Assembly (NCBI GenBank): GCA_963729715.1
Contig: CAVSPA010000006.1
Location: 438,528 to 502,527 of the forward strand
Length of the DNA stretch: 64,000 bases
Direction of reading: 5' to 3'
Origin: an uncultured delta proteobacterium
Lineage (GTDB): Bacteria; Desulfobacterota; Syntrophia; Syntrophales; UBA2185
The notes below the pieces were generated by a model. That model did no database searches. It saw only the letters and a program-made list of their open reading frames with translations, and was not told the DNA's origin. The stretch's first letter is position 1, and the number at the start of each line of letters is the position of its first letter. Shown here piece after piece: positions 20,324 to 30,343 of the stretch. Both the position numbers and the translations under genes were made by a program.

Positions 20324-21606
20324 ATCTTCATTACCCCTTTCAGATCCATGAAGAGGGCCCACAATTCGCTGAGAGTGAAGCTCTTTCTGATGGTCGGGTA
20401 CAACCTTTCCTTGGGGCCTGCGGGAACGGAGTAGACATCTTTCATGATTTCCCCAATCAGCTCCGGGTAATGGTTTAAGAACCGCGGATTTCCGAGTACA
20501 GCGGGCGTTTCCTGAAAGTTTCTCAAATCAGTGAGAACGAAGCTGTCATCGAGGAGTCTCCTGTACATACTCAGGGTCTGTGCGTCATAATTTCCTACTT
20601 CCTTGGCCTTCATGACGGTCTGGGCGGCGAAGTGGCCTGAAGCCAGGGCAAATTCCATGCCCCTCACTGTGAAACCGATGTTCAGTGCGAGCCCGGCAGC
20701 GTCGCCCGCAATCAGGATACCGTTTCCGTACAGGTTACCCATGACCTTGAAGCCGCCCTCGGGAATGACATGGGCCGAATACTCTACGGTGCCGCCGCCG
20801 TTGATTAGGGGGGCGATCTCAGGCCGCTTCTTAAATGCGTCCATGAGCGCAGGCACTTCGATGGGAAGGGTGTCTCTTGTAGCATCCTCCATGCCGATGA
20901 CAATGCCCAAACTGACACTGTCCCTGTTCGTGTAGAGAAAACCCCCGCCGAATTTTCCCAGGGTTACTTCTCCCACAAAGAGGCGCGCCGCACCCTCGTC
21001 GCCTTCCAGATTGAAACGTTCATTGATAACCCCGGAATCGAGGGCGATGACTTCTTTGATTCCGAGGGCGAAGTTGCCGGGCGCCACGGGCGCGCGCAGG
21101 CCCGCTTTTTCGGAAACGATGGATAATACGCCGTCACAGGCAAGCACAACGTCGGCGCGCAGTTCATCGGCGCCTGCAAGGACACCAACGATTATTCCAT
21201 CGTCCTTGATGACATCGTCGACTCTGATCTTGGATAAAATGGCGACCCCTTTTTCTTCCGCCCGTTCCGAGAGCCACTTGTCGAACTTCGACCGCAGGAT
21301 ACTATAGCTCTGGTGGGGTTCATCCGTGAGCTCATTGCCGGTATAGTGCAGGGTTACCGAGCGATCTTTTGCCATGATTGATATTCCTTCATGGGCTATG
21401 AAGCGCTCGAGGGGGGCGTTTTCGAAGAGGCCGGGAAACAGCTTGCGAACGGGATTCAAGTAAAGACGGCCACCCGTCATGTTCTTTGCACCGGGATAGT
21501 CACCCCGTTCCAGAACCAGCACCTCAAGACCGCTCCCTGCAAGCGTATACGCCGCACCGAGGCCGGCCAGTCCAGCGCCTACTATGATCACATCGAACTT
21601 ATCCAT
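20320..21606 (-). CDS. fixC: FixC FAD-dependent ETF:quinone oxidoreductase
   Basis: GAGLAG, ERGDYPGAKNMTGG, GGGFLYTN, EYSAHVIPEGG, GDAAG. Confidence 0.92.
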   Translation of the reverse strand: MDKFDVIIVGAGLAGLGAAYTLAGSGLEVLVLERGDYPGAKNMTGGRLYLNPVRKLFPGLFENAPLERFIAHEGISIMAKDRSVTLHYTGNELTDEPHQSYSILRSKFDKWLSERAEEKGVAILSKIRVDDVIKDDGIIVGVLAGADELRADVVLACDGVLSIVSEKAGLRAPVAPGNFALGIKEVIALDSGVINERFNLEGDEGAARLFVGEVTLGKFGGGFLYTNRDSVSLGIVIGMEDATRDTLPIEVPALMDAFKKRPEIAPLINGGGTVEYSAHVIPEGGFKVMGNLYGNGILIAGDAAGLALNIGFTVRGMEFALASGHFAAQTVMKAKEVGNYDAQTLSMYRRLLDDSFVLTDLRNFQETPAVLGNPRFLNHYPELIGEIMKDVYSVPAGPKERLYPTIRKSFTLSELWALFMDLKGVMKI

Positions 21607-21667
21607 TTTCCTGATGTCTCTCTGGGATTTTTGTATGACGTTCTCTCAGTCACCTTTTTAAAAGGTA

Positions 21668-22240
21668 TCAGAGCGATGAGATACGTTCGAGGTCCTTTCT
21701 GGTGTTGACATTTATGAATATCTGCCCTTCCGGATCAAAGGGTTTGATATCCTCTTTGGGGATCACCATGGTTCTTAATCCTTTGTAAAAACCAGTGACC
21801 TTCAGGTTGTCCGTATCCATAAGTTTCTTGATAGGATTAAGGCATCTCTTCGAATAAATGGCATGGAGGGGCTGGAGACCGTCAGAAGGTTCCGGCACCA
21901 CGATGTCATATCTGTCTGTGCATTTAACCATATGCTCGATGAAGGACCTGTTTAAGAAGGGCATATCGCAGGCGGAAACAAAGACATGATCGAAGGAGGC
22001 ATAAAAAATTCCTGTATAGATGCCTCCCAGCGCACCTTTGTTCTTGAATATATCGGAGACAATCATGCAATCCTGGTCAAGATATTCTAAGGGGGAATTT
22101 GTCACGAGTATCACTTCCTGAAAAATGTCCCTGAACATCGCGGCGGCTCTATCGATCAGCCGCTTACCTTCAAACTCGAGAAAAGCCTTGTTCGTTCCCA
22201 TCCTCGCGCTTTTCCCCCCTGATAAAATTACGCCTGTCAT
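21668..22240 (-). CDS. mobA: Molybdenum cofactor guanylyltransferase
   Basis: ILSGGKSARMGTNKA, ACDMPF, QPLHAIY, NVNT. Confidence 0.92.
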   Translation of the reverse strand: MTGVILSGGKSARMGTNKAFLEFEGKRLIDRAAAMFRDIFQEVILVTNSPLEYLDQDCMIVSDIFKNKGALGGIYTGIFYASFDHVFVSACDMPFLNRSFIEHMVKCTDRYDIVVPEPSDGLQPLHAIYSKRCLNPIKKLMDTDNLKVTGFYKGLRTMVIPKEDIKPFDPEGQIFINVNTRKDLERISSL

Positions 22241-22259
22241 AGAACTTGTGCATTCCCGG

Positions 22260-22847
22260 TTAATAATTTTCCGCCAATACTTCGTAGTATGATTGCGGAT
22301 GTTTGCACGCCGGACATTGGGCCGGTGCTTCTGTTCCTTCGAAGATGTAGCCGCAGTTTGTGCAGTGCCATTTTGCAGGCGTTCTCTTCTTAAATACTTC
22401 TTTGTTCTCAATGTTCTTTATAAGCTTTCTGTATCTCCCTTCATGAAACATTTCCACCTTCGCGATTTCGGCAAAGGAGTTCGCGATCTCAGGGAACCCT
22501 TCAACTCTCGCGATCTCTTCAAAGTCCCGATAGAGGGTAGACCACTCCAGTTTCTCACCGGATGCCGCCGCCATGAGGTTACCCTTGGTGTCTGCTATGA
22601 CGCCGGTAGGATAGGAGGCAGTGATCTCCACATCACCTCCCTCGAGATACTTGAAAAATACCTTGGCGTGTTCCTTTTCGTTTTCCGCCGTTTCCAAAAA
22701 AATGTGCGCAATTTGTTCGAAACACTCTTTTCGGGCGGCGCTCGCGAAATAGGTATATCTGTTTCTTGCCTGTGACTCACCGGCGAAGGCCGCCAGGAGG
22801 TTCTTTTCTGTCCTTGATCCTTTAATTGGCTTTCCCATGTTGCTCAA
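22260..22847 (-). CDS. rbr: Rubrerythrin
   Basis: FAGESQARNRY, ExxH di-iron motifs, CTNCG/CPAC rubredoxin tail. Confidence 0.95.
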   Translation of the reverse strand: MSNMGKPIKGSRTEKNLLAAFAGESQARNRYTYFASAARKECFEQIAHIFLETAENEKEHAKVFFKYLEGGDVEITASYPTGVIADTKGNLMAAASGEKLEWSTLYRDFEEIARVEGFPEIANSFAEIAKVEMFHEGRYRKLIKNIENKEVFKKRTPAKWHCTNCGYIFEGTEAPAQCPACKHPQSYYEVLAENY

Positions 22848-23072
22848 ATTCCTCCCTTTATCTATTCATAGCATTACAAATAGCGCGTATTTTTTCTACT
22901 TGACTGTTCCTTTTAAAGCAAGACTTTTTTCTTCTCACAAACTCGTCATTTTTCTATCTGCATGGAGGCCCGGCATAACGAATATACCGATTACTAAGTG
23001 GAGAAAAATATCTTGATAAAATTTGCAGCGAATTGTAGGAGTGACATCAAGTGCAAGGATGGGAGGCATCAA

Positions 23073-24371
23073 ATGTATTGGGACAAAGATATAGAGATAA
23101 TGGATCGGGAAAGGCTCGCAGCCATACAGCTCGAAAGATTTAAAAAGACGGTAAAAAAGGCACAGAAATCCGTTTATTATGACAGATTGTTCAAGGGGAT
23201 GGGCATAGACGCTGATCTTGTTAAATCTCTCGACGACATCAGAAATTTTCCTTTTACCACAAAGGACGATTTGAGAGCGCAGTGGCCTTATGGCTTTATC
23301 GCTGTTCCCAAGGACGAACTCATGAGGATGCATGCATCCTCAGGGACCACTGGCCGGGCCATTGTCGTATTTCATACAGCCGCCGACATCCAGACATGGA
23401 CGGATGTCCTCGCGCGCTGCATATATATGGCAGGTATGAGAAAGACGGATGTCTTCCAGAACATGATGACCTACGGCCTTTTTACAGGCGGGCTTGGTTT
23501 TCACTACGCCGCCGAAAAGGTGGGCGCCCTGGTAATACCGGCAGGGGCGGGCAACAGCAAGCGTCAGATTCAATTGATGCGCGATTTTGATACGACAGCC
23601 ATCCACATAATTCCGAGCTACGCCCTCCATCTCTCCAAGGTATTTGAGGAATTAAAGGTTGATCCCGTAAGGGATACAAAACTTCGGATTGCCTTTCTGG
23701 GCGCAGAACCGCACTCCGAAAGGATGAGAAAAAAAATCGAAGAGTATTACGGATTCAAGGCTTACAATTCCTACGGCCTTTCGGAAATGAACGGGCCGGG
23801 CGTGTCGTTTGAATGTCCGTATCAGGACGGAATGCACATCTGGGAAGACCATTATCTAGTGGAAATCATAGATCCAAAAACATTGAAGCCCGTTGCCGAC
23901 GGCGAAGAGGGAGAACTTGTCATGACTACTCTCCTCCGGGAGGGTATGCCTATCATCAGGTATCGGACGAAGGACCTGACGCGCATCGTCCCGGGAACGT
24001 GTGCGTGCGGGAGAACTCACCGGAGAATTGAGCGCATCAAAGGTCGGACAGATGACATGATGATTATTAAAGGGGTCAATATATTCCCGATCCAGATCGA
24101 AAAGAAGCTGATGGAGATACCGGGCGTCGGCAATAACTTCGTGATCATACTGGAACGGGAAGGGTATGATGATCATATGACCGTAAAAGTGGAAGTGCAA
24201 AATGAGGTCTTTACCGGGGATCTGAGGCCTCTCGAAGACCTGAGAAAAAGGGTTGTTGATGAATTGAAAGCGGACATTCTCATTACACCGAGAGTGAAAC
24301 TGGTAGAACCCGGTAGCATACCCGCCACCGAAGGGAAGGCAATCCGGGTCATAGACAACAGAAAAGAATAG
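23073..24371 (+). CDS. paaK: Phenylacetate-CoA ligase family
   Basis: HASSGTTG, YGLFTGGLG, YGLSEMNGPGV, RYRTKD, GRTDDM; GGAGG RBS before ATG 23073. Confidence 0.9.
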   Translation: MYWDKDIEIMDRERLAAIQLERFKKTVKKAQKSVYYDRLFKGMGIDADLVKSLDDIRNFPFTTKDDLRAQWPYGFIAVPKDELMRMHASSGTTGRAIVVFHTAADIQTWTDVLARCIYMAGMRKTDVFQNMMTYGLFTGGLGFHYAAEKVGALVIPAGAGNSKRQIQLMRDFDTTAIHIIPSYALHLSKVFEELKVDPVRDTKLRIAFLGAEPHSERMRKKIEEYYGFKAYNSYGLSEMNGPGVSFECPYQDGMHIWEDHYLVEIIDPKTLKPVADGEEGELVMTTLLREGMPIIRYRTKDLTRIVPGTCACGRTHRRIERIKGRTDDMMIIKGVNIFPIQIEKKLMEIPGVGNNFVIILEREGYDDHMTVKVEVQNEVFTGDLRPLEDLRKRVVDELKADILITPRVKLVEPGSIPATEGKAIRVIDNRKE

Positions 24372-24422
24372 ATGGGGGAGGGGCCATTTGCACAGGAATA
24401 ACCGAATTCGGAGGATACAAAA

Positions 24423-24857
24423 ATGACGCATGGGGATAAAGGAAACTACAAGGCAAAGCATTCACCGGCGAGAAGATTGGATCAGAGGATCGCCCAGGCT
24501 CTAAAGAGAAAAACTGCCGACGGTAAGATTACCTGCGCCGATGCAAATAGCACAGCTGTTGAGTTGGACGTGACGATGAAGGAAGTCGGACTCACCATTG
24601 ATCTCATGGAGATTGAGATAAGCAAATGTCAACTTGGACTTTTCGGTTACAGCCCCCAAAAAATGGTCGTCAAAGCTGCTGAAGCCGTTCAGGCTGATCT
24701 GGAAAAGGCCATACGCGGCGCCCTCGTGAACGACCGCATTCCCTGTGCAACGGCCTGGCGTATTGCTGAAACATTCAGCATCCCGAAAATGGCGGTTTCT
24801 TCCGCATGTGAGACCTTAAAGATTAAGGTTAAGCCATGCCAACTGGGGGCGTTTTAA
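24423..24857 (+). CDS. Hypothetical protein with two tandem C..A...CQLGxF repeats
   Basis: KITCADA...SKCQLGLF and RIPCATA...KPCQLGAF; GGAGG RBS. Confidence 0.8.
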   Translation: MTHGDKGNYKAKHSPARRLDQRIAQALKRKTADGKITCADANSTAVELDVTMKEVGLTIDLMEIEISKCQLGLFGYSPQKMVVKAAEAVQADLEKAIRGALVNDRIPCATAWRIAETFSIPKMAVSSACETLKIKVKPCQLGAF

Positions 24858-25375
24858 TTATTACCTTTCTGTTCTTCGTACCGTGCGAGCACAAAAAGCA
24901 TATCCGCCAATCTGTTTAGATATCTGTTGATTTCTGCACTGCGAAGGAGTCCTTCATTCTTGAGGCTGGCGGCTTTTCTCTCGGCCCTTCTTGTGATGGT
25001 TCTTCCCACATCTATCTGGGCAGATACCGGAGTTTCCCCAGGGTAGATAAATTCGTTTTTCAAGGTGATATTTTTCTGCAGTTCGTCAATGATTTGCTCC
25101 AGGCGCTTAATGTCTCCTTCCCCGATCCTGCGCGCGAGCTTTTGAATATCTTCCGGAACGCTGGAAAGTTCCGCCCCCATGATGAGCAGATCTTTCTGCA
25201 CGCTCAATATGATGTCTTTAATCTTTTGGTTCTTTGTTGTGGCTCTGGCTACTCCAAGTGCGGAGCTTGCCTCGTCCAGTACCCCGTAGGTCTCCGGCCT
25301 GGGATCATATTTAGGGACCCTCTGCCCGCCTAACAAACTTGTTTCCCCTGCGTCCCCTCTCGTGGAAAATTTCAT
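24854..25375 (-). CDS. pduO: PduO-type cob(I)alamin adenosyltransferase
   Basis: TRGDAGETSL, YGVLDE, RTITRRAER, YLNRLAD. Confidence 0.92.
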   Translation of the reverse strand: MKFSTRGDAGETSLLGGQRVPKYDPRPETYGVLDEASSALGVARATTKNQKIKDIILSVQKDLLIMGAELSSVPEDIQKLARRIGEGDIKRLEQIIDELQKNITLKNEFIYPGETPVSAQIDVGRTITRRAERKAASLKNEGLLRSAEINRYLNRLADMLFVLARYEEQKGNN

Positions 25376-26112
25376 TATTTTCTCCTTTCCATGTATCTCG
25401 TGACTATTTTTAACACTACGTCAGCATTTCTCCGGGCATGCTGAAGTATTTCCTCCACAGTCAAATCTCTCTCTCCGAGGCCATTCGCATAGTTGTCCAC
25501 GGAGCACAAGGACGCATATGAAAGCCCGAGTTCCTGCGCAACGACCGCCTCACTCGCCATAGTCATGCCGACGAGATCAGCAAACTGGGACATCATCCGG
25601 ATCTCCGCCTTCGTCTCAAATCTGGGGCCTTGCGTTTGCCAGTATACTCCTCCATTCACGGCATCAATTCCGCAGTCTCTTGCTGCGGCCATCCAATTTT
25701 GCCGGACTTCTTCGGCCAGTCTTGGCGTGATATGGAATGCCTTGCCACCAACCGTGGTGGGCGTTTCCGTAAGTATGAGGAAGTCGTCCGGTACGACAAA
25801 TGTACCGGGTGTCAGATTTCTCCTGAGAGATCCCGTAGAATTGACGCTGATGACCTCTTCAATCCCGAGATCCTTCAACGCCTTGACATTGGCCCGATGG
25901 TTAATTAAGTGAGGAAGGATATGCCGCCGCGGGTCTTTACCGTGTCTTGGTATGAATGAGATGGCATCCGAAGAGAAAACAAGGGCCTTGCCAAATTCAG
26001 TTGTCATTACCCTTTCCTCAAGTTTATCGAAGATACCTTTGCCTTGCAGAAGAACTACGCCGGATATGATACCGAGAGGTGCCATTTGATTCTCCACGGG
26101 GACTCTTGTCAT
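25375..26112 (-). CDS. mtnP: Methylthioadenosine/methylthioinosine phosphorylase family (start may be 26085)
   Basis: PRHG, GSLR, QGPRFETKAE, VGMT, SVDNYA. Confidence 0.85.
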   Translation of the reverse strand: MTRVPVENQMAPLGIISGVVLLQGKGIFDKLEERVMTTEFGKALVFSSDAISFIPRHGKDPRRHILPHLINHRANVKALKDLGIEEVISVNSTGSLRRNLTPGTFVVPDDFLILTETPTTVGGKAFHITPRLAEEVRQNWMAAARDCGIDAVNGGVYWQTQGPRFETKAEIRMMSQFADLVGMTMASEAVVAQELGLSYASLCSVDNYANGLGERDLTVEEILQHARRNADVVLKIVTRYMERRK

Positions 26113-26235
26113 TGGTGACGAGTCCTTATACCAGATTCATCGAGGTCTGTCAAAATGTTGGACAATAATTGCGTTTGACATCCCTTGCGGCCATATAGTA
26201 ATAGAGTCACATAAAGTTATCGAGGAGGAGGCAGT

Positions 26236-26568
26236 ATGGCTAAGGATGAATCCATGGTTCAATTTACAGATGCTAATTTCGAACAGGAGGTGCTCAAATC
26301 GGAGAAGCCCGTTCTCGTCGATTTCTGGGCGCCATGGTGCGGTCCTTGCAGGGCCGTCGGGCCTGTTGTCGAAGACCTTGCAGAGGCATATAAGGGCCGC
26401 GTCAAAGTGGGAAAGATAAATATTGATGACAATCCTAAGACAGCTACGACCTATGGTGTAATGAGCATACCGACTCTCGTCCTGTTCAACAAGGGTGATA
26501 TTATGGATAAGCTGATAGGCCTCTCTCCCAAGGAGCGTCTCGAAGGGTTGATTAAAAAGGCTTTGTGA
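26236..26568 (+). CDS. trxA: Thioredoxin
   Basis: WCGPC, SIPT; strong RBS. Confidence 0.97.
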   Translation: MAKDESMVQFTDANFEQEVLKSEKPVLVDFWAPWCGPCRAVGPVVEDLAEAYKGRVKVGKINIDDNPKTATTYGVMSIPTLVLFNKGDIMDKLIGLSPKERLEGLIKKAL

Positions 26569-26571
26569 ACG

Positions 26572-27300
26572 ATGGCTGGAAAAGTGCGCAGGAAGAATAC
26601 AGTTTTAATTCTTATCATAATCGCGGCGTTTTCTCTTTCCGGATGCGGCTTATGGACTCATATTACGCATCTGTGGGAGAAGCCTGACAATACAAGGGGC
26701 ACCGCGGATCAGCTTTATCAGAAGGGATATGACGCGTATCAGGATGGCTGGTACAAAAGGGCAATTGAATATTTTCAGAAAGTGCGGGATCAGTATCCGC
26801 TCAGTAAGCTTGCCCTTCTTGCGGAGCTGGGGATTGCCGATTCACATTTCAGCGACGAGGAATATGGTGAGGCCGAGCTCGCCTACAATGATTTTATAAA
26901 CCTCCATCCCACGAACGAGAACTTGCCTTACGTGATTTATCAGCTTGGCATGTGCCACTATAAGCAGATGTACAGTATAGACCGTGACCAGACCGAGACA
27001 AGCAAAGCCATAAAAGAATTTGAAAGACTTATTGCACGCTTTCCGGGCAGTAAATTTTCCTTAATGGCGGAGAAGACCCTGCGGGAATGCAAGAGGAATC
27101 TTGCAGAAAACGAATTTTACGTAGGTCACTTCTACTTCAAGAAAAAGCAGTATAAATCAGCCCTGAAAAGATTTGAGACTGTTGCAAAAAAATATGCAAA
27201 TCTTGGTTTGGACTACAAGGTATCTTACTTCCTGAGAGAAACAAAGAAGCGCATTGCCGAGGAAGAGGCGAGCAAGAAGGAATCAAATAAAACCAAATAA
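26572..27300 (+). CDS. bamD: Outer membrane assembly lipoprotein BamD
   Basis: Lipobox LSGC, TPRs, FINLHP, DRDQ, RFPGS. Confidence 0.9.
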   Translation: MAGKVRRKNTVLILIIIAAFSLSGCGLWTHITHLWEKPDNTRGTADQLYQKGYDAYQDGWYKRAIEYFQKVRDQYPLSKLALLAELGIADSHFSDEEYGEAELAYNDFINLHPTNENLPYVIYQLGMCHYKQMYSIDRDQTETSKAIKEFERLIARFPGSKFSLMAEKTLRECKRNLAENEFYVGHFYFKKKQYKSALKRFETVAKKYANLGLDYKVSYFLRETKKRIAEEEASKKESNKTK

Positions 27301-27348
27301 TCAACCGAGAGTGAAAATGGAAGAAGGCGAGGAGCCCTGTCCTTGCGA

Positions 27349-28983
27349 TCATGACTTCATGGAGAAGCCCTTTATTTTTTTTAGCGCCCTGTATGTGCAC
27401 TCGTCCGGTGTCAGTGAGGCATCGAGGACGATATGTAAGCCTTCAGGTACTTCAGTGATCCTGTCGAAGGTTTCTTTTTGTTTCAGGTAAATTTCCCAGC
27501 GCCCGTCAGAAGCCTCTCCCTTATCGGACGTCCGCATATCGAGCCTCTCCCTGACAATATTCTCCGGGCATATACACTCGATGATGAAGAAATCAGCCTT
27601 TAGCTTTTCTGCCGCAGCAAGGGCTCTTTGACGATGAGCGCGACTCTTGAATGATGCGTCGATGATAACCGATTTTCCCTCTGTCAGTTTGTCTGATGAA
27701 AGCTCGATGACCCTGTCATAGGTCTTCCACGTAACTTCTTCCCTATATATGCCTCTGCCGAAGGCTTCGCGATGTCTTTCCGCAGGCGCCATGTGCAACA
27801 TCTCTTTTCTCAGGATATCGGTGCGAATGATTTCCGCACCGATGCGGGGGGCAAGGGAGGCGGCGCGGACGCTCTTTCCTGTTCCCGTAAGTCCCGCCAT
27901 CAGGATTAGCGTCGGTTTTTCCAATCTCGCCGAATACGTGTAGGCGAGATCGAAATACCTCGACGCCGCACTTATTTCTTCCTCACGATCTTGCGGGGTG
28001 ATGGAGCTCTCACTTAGCCGGAAACTTATGACCTTGCCCCGCACATAGGCGTAGTAGCATTTATAGAAATTCTGCAGGCCTCCGATCTCACGATCATCTG
28101 AATGTCCGATATAGGCCGATACAAAAGTATCTGCATAGCTGGCGTATCCGTTATAATCGAGGTCCATGGCCAAAAATGCCACTTCCGAGGCGACATCCTC
28201 ATAACGGAACCTTTCGTTGAATTCGATGCAATCAAATATGATGATGTCGTCCGGACTATAATTATTGCTCGATCCCTTCGCTTCGTAAAGCCGTATGCCG
28301 GAGTCTTTAATGCAGATGTGGTCAAGGTGCAGGTCACCATGGCAGTCCCTGATCTTATGGTCTTGCACTCTTTTCATGAGAATATCCTGATGCCTGTCCA
28401 TGAAATCGTATGCGTAATATTTTATGAAGCGGTACTGATATTCCGGAATGGCTATATTTATGTAGTTTCGTGTCTCTTCAAAATTTTCATCGTGGTTCCT
28501 GTGTATCGTTTCGACACCCCCGATTTCATCGATGTTGCCGCCTGTGGCAGCATGCGCGTGGAAATCAGAGAGCTTCCTCGCAACGGCGTCCATAATAGGG
28601 CGGTCAATTTTCCCCTGTTGCAGCAGCGTTTTGAGCATCCTGTTCTGGGGCAGCTTCTTCATGAGGACGGCGTAATCGACGACGCGTTCTCCTTTTCCCA
28701 GCACTATGTTGCCGCTCGCATCTTCACTGATCTCGAGGACGTCCAGATACACATCCGGGGCAAGCCTCCTGTTCAATCGGAGCTCTTCGTTGCAGTAAAA
28801 TCTTCTCCTTTCGATTGTGGTAAAATCAAGAAAGTCGAAATCAACGGCCTTCTTGATCTTATAGACGTAATCTCCGGCGAGGAAAATATAGGATATGTGG
28901 GTCTGGATTAATTCGATATGTTCCGGCCGGTGGGGATAGAATTCCGGCCGGAACATAGCTTGAACGAGTTTTGGATGAGTCAT
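27349..28983 (-). CDS. Aminoglycoside-phosphotransferase-like / AAA_33 kinase fusion
   Basis: QTHIS, ELRLNRRLAP, DCHGDLHL, FDCIEFN, GLTGTGKS. Confidence 0.9.
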   Translation of the reverse strand: MTHPKLVQAMFRPEFYPHRPEHIELIQTHISYIFLAGDYVYKIKKAVDFDFLDFTTIERRRFYCNEELRLNRRLAPDVYLDVLEISEDASGNIVLGKGERVVDYAVLMKKLPQNRMLKTLLQQGKIDRPIMDAVARKLSDFHAHAATGGNIDEIGGVETIHRNHDENFEETRNYINIAIPEYQYRFIKYYAYDFMDRHQDILMKRVQDHKIRDCHGDLHLDHICIKDSGIRLYEAKGSSNNYSPDDIIIFDCIEFNERFRYEDVASEVAFLAMDLDYNGYASYADTFVSAYIGHSDDREIGGLQNFYKCYYAYVRGKVISFRLSESSITPQDREEEISAASRYFDLAYTYSARLEKPTLILMAGLTGTGKSVRAASLAPRIGAEIIRTDILRKEMLHMAPAERHREAFGRGIYREEVTWKTYDRVIELSSDKLTEGKSVIIDASFKSRAHRQRALAAAEKLKADFFIIECICPENIVRERLDMRTSDKGEASDGRWEIYLKQKETFDRITEVPEGLHIVLDASLTPDECTYRALKKIKGFSMKS

Positions 28984-28987
28984 CTCG

Positions 28988-30337
28988 TTAGATAATACCC
29001 TTGCCTCCGAGCTCTTTGAGTTTCACTGGACCATATCCAAAATACTTGAGGTATATGAAGCCGTTGTCGTAGCCGACGGGTCGACATGCCCATTTTGTCC
29101 TTGGTGGAGTTTCCGTTGACTTCCATTGCGCCTGGGCGCAAAGAACAGAACCGTACACGGGATCCTGAACCGGTGTGAACATGCCCCGGTCCAGCCAGTT
29201 TTCATCTTGCATCGCCTTCCACGGCGATACGATCTCCGCGACGACAGGGGTGATGGGCGCCAGCCTACCGGCTTTTGCATATTCGATAGATTTTTTTGTG
29301 AGCTCTTCACTTGTGTATTGTGCAGTCAGCGGATCGATCATAGACTGATACTTGAGTTGCCAGTCCTTTTTCATGAAAGGTGCGAGAGTCGTCCATTCAT
29401 CAGCTTTCCACTCGTCGTATTTTCCCATCATATCCACGAAGGCCTTCCACATCTCGAGGCGGAGACCTCCGAGGAAGACGCCGCCGTCCTTGGTCGGATA
29501 AAAACCATACAGCCATAAAGCCGTATCGAGGCTGCCGAAGCGCTCATTGACGACACCGGCCTCGCCGTACCACATGAGCTGATAATCGTTCAGGCGGCCG
29601 TAGGCTTCGGGCGTGGATACGTCAATTGCCTGGCCTTCGCCTGTAATGTCTCTATAATAAAGGGCCGCGAGGATTCCCATGGCCGCGAAAGTGCCGGAAG
29701 CCGCCCATGCGATCCATGGCCCCGCCTTTGTGGGAACGGCATGTGGCATGTCCTTTACGGTTTTTCCTTCAGGCAGTACCTCGCCCGTCGCATACTGTAT
29801 GCTGGAGCGTGCCTGAGAAACGTTATCATAGTCATACTGCTTTCTCTTGCTCTCCGGGCCAAACTGGCCGAAGGTGGAAATCGACGCAAAGATGAGGCGG
29901 GGATTAATCTCTGAAAGGGCCTCGTAGCCGATTCCCCACTTCTCCATAGTCCCTGCCGGATACGTCTCGATAAGCACATCCGCCTGAGCGGCAAGGGATT
30001 TAAGTATGTCTCTCCCTTCTTCCGTCTCCAGGTTCAGTGTTATATGGTACTTGTTTCGCCCTTCCTGGAGATACGCGAGCCCTGTATCCTTCACCATAAT
30101 CCCGTTGGGGGAGTAGGTTCTGACCAGGTCGCCTCCCGGTGGTTCGATGCGAATAGTCTCCGCGCCGAGCTCTGACAGCATGGAAGAACAGAAGCATCCT
30201 GCCATGCTCCGCGAACTCAAATCAATTACGACGAGATCATCCAAGGCCTCGGGTTTTTCAAAGTTCTGTGCGGGATCATCCAGTGACTTGATATTGTCCG
30301 CCCATGCCGCCCATTTTGCTCTCTTGTAGTCTGCCAT
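28988..30337 (-). CDS. Family III (CaiB/BaiF) CoA-transferase, probable non-catalytic subunit
   Basis: IEPPGGD, RNKYHITLNL, FGQFGP; no Asp at the catalytic position (GPWIAWAASG). Confidence 0.85.
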   Translation of the reverse strand: MADYKRAKWAAWADNIKSLDDPAQNFEKPEALDDLVVIDLSSRSMAGCFCSSMLSELGAETIRIEPPGGDLVRTYSPNGIMVKDTGLAYLQEGRNKYHITLNLETEEGRDILKSLAAQADVLIETYPAGTMEKWGIGYEALSEINPRLIFASISTFGQFGPESKRKQYDYDNVSQARSSIQYATGEVLPEGKTVKDMPHAVPTKAGPWIAWAASGTFAAMGILAALYYRDITGEGQAIDVSTPEAYGRLNDYQLMWYGEAGVVNERFGSLDTALWLYGFYPTKDGGVFLGGLRLEMWKAFVDMMGKYDEWKADEWTTLAPFMKKDWQLKYQSMIDPLTAQYTSEELTKKSIEYAKAGRLAPITPVVAEIVSPWKAMQDENWLDRGMFTPVQDPVYGSVLCAQAQWKSTETPPRTKWACRPVGYDNGFIYLKYFGYGPVKLKELGGKGII

Positions 30338-30343
30338 GTTTCA

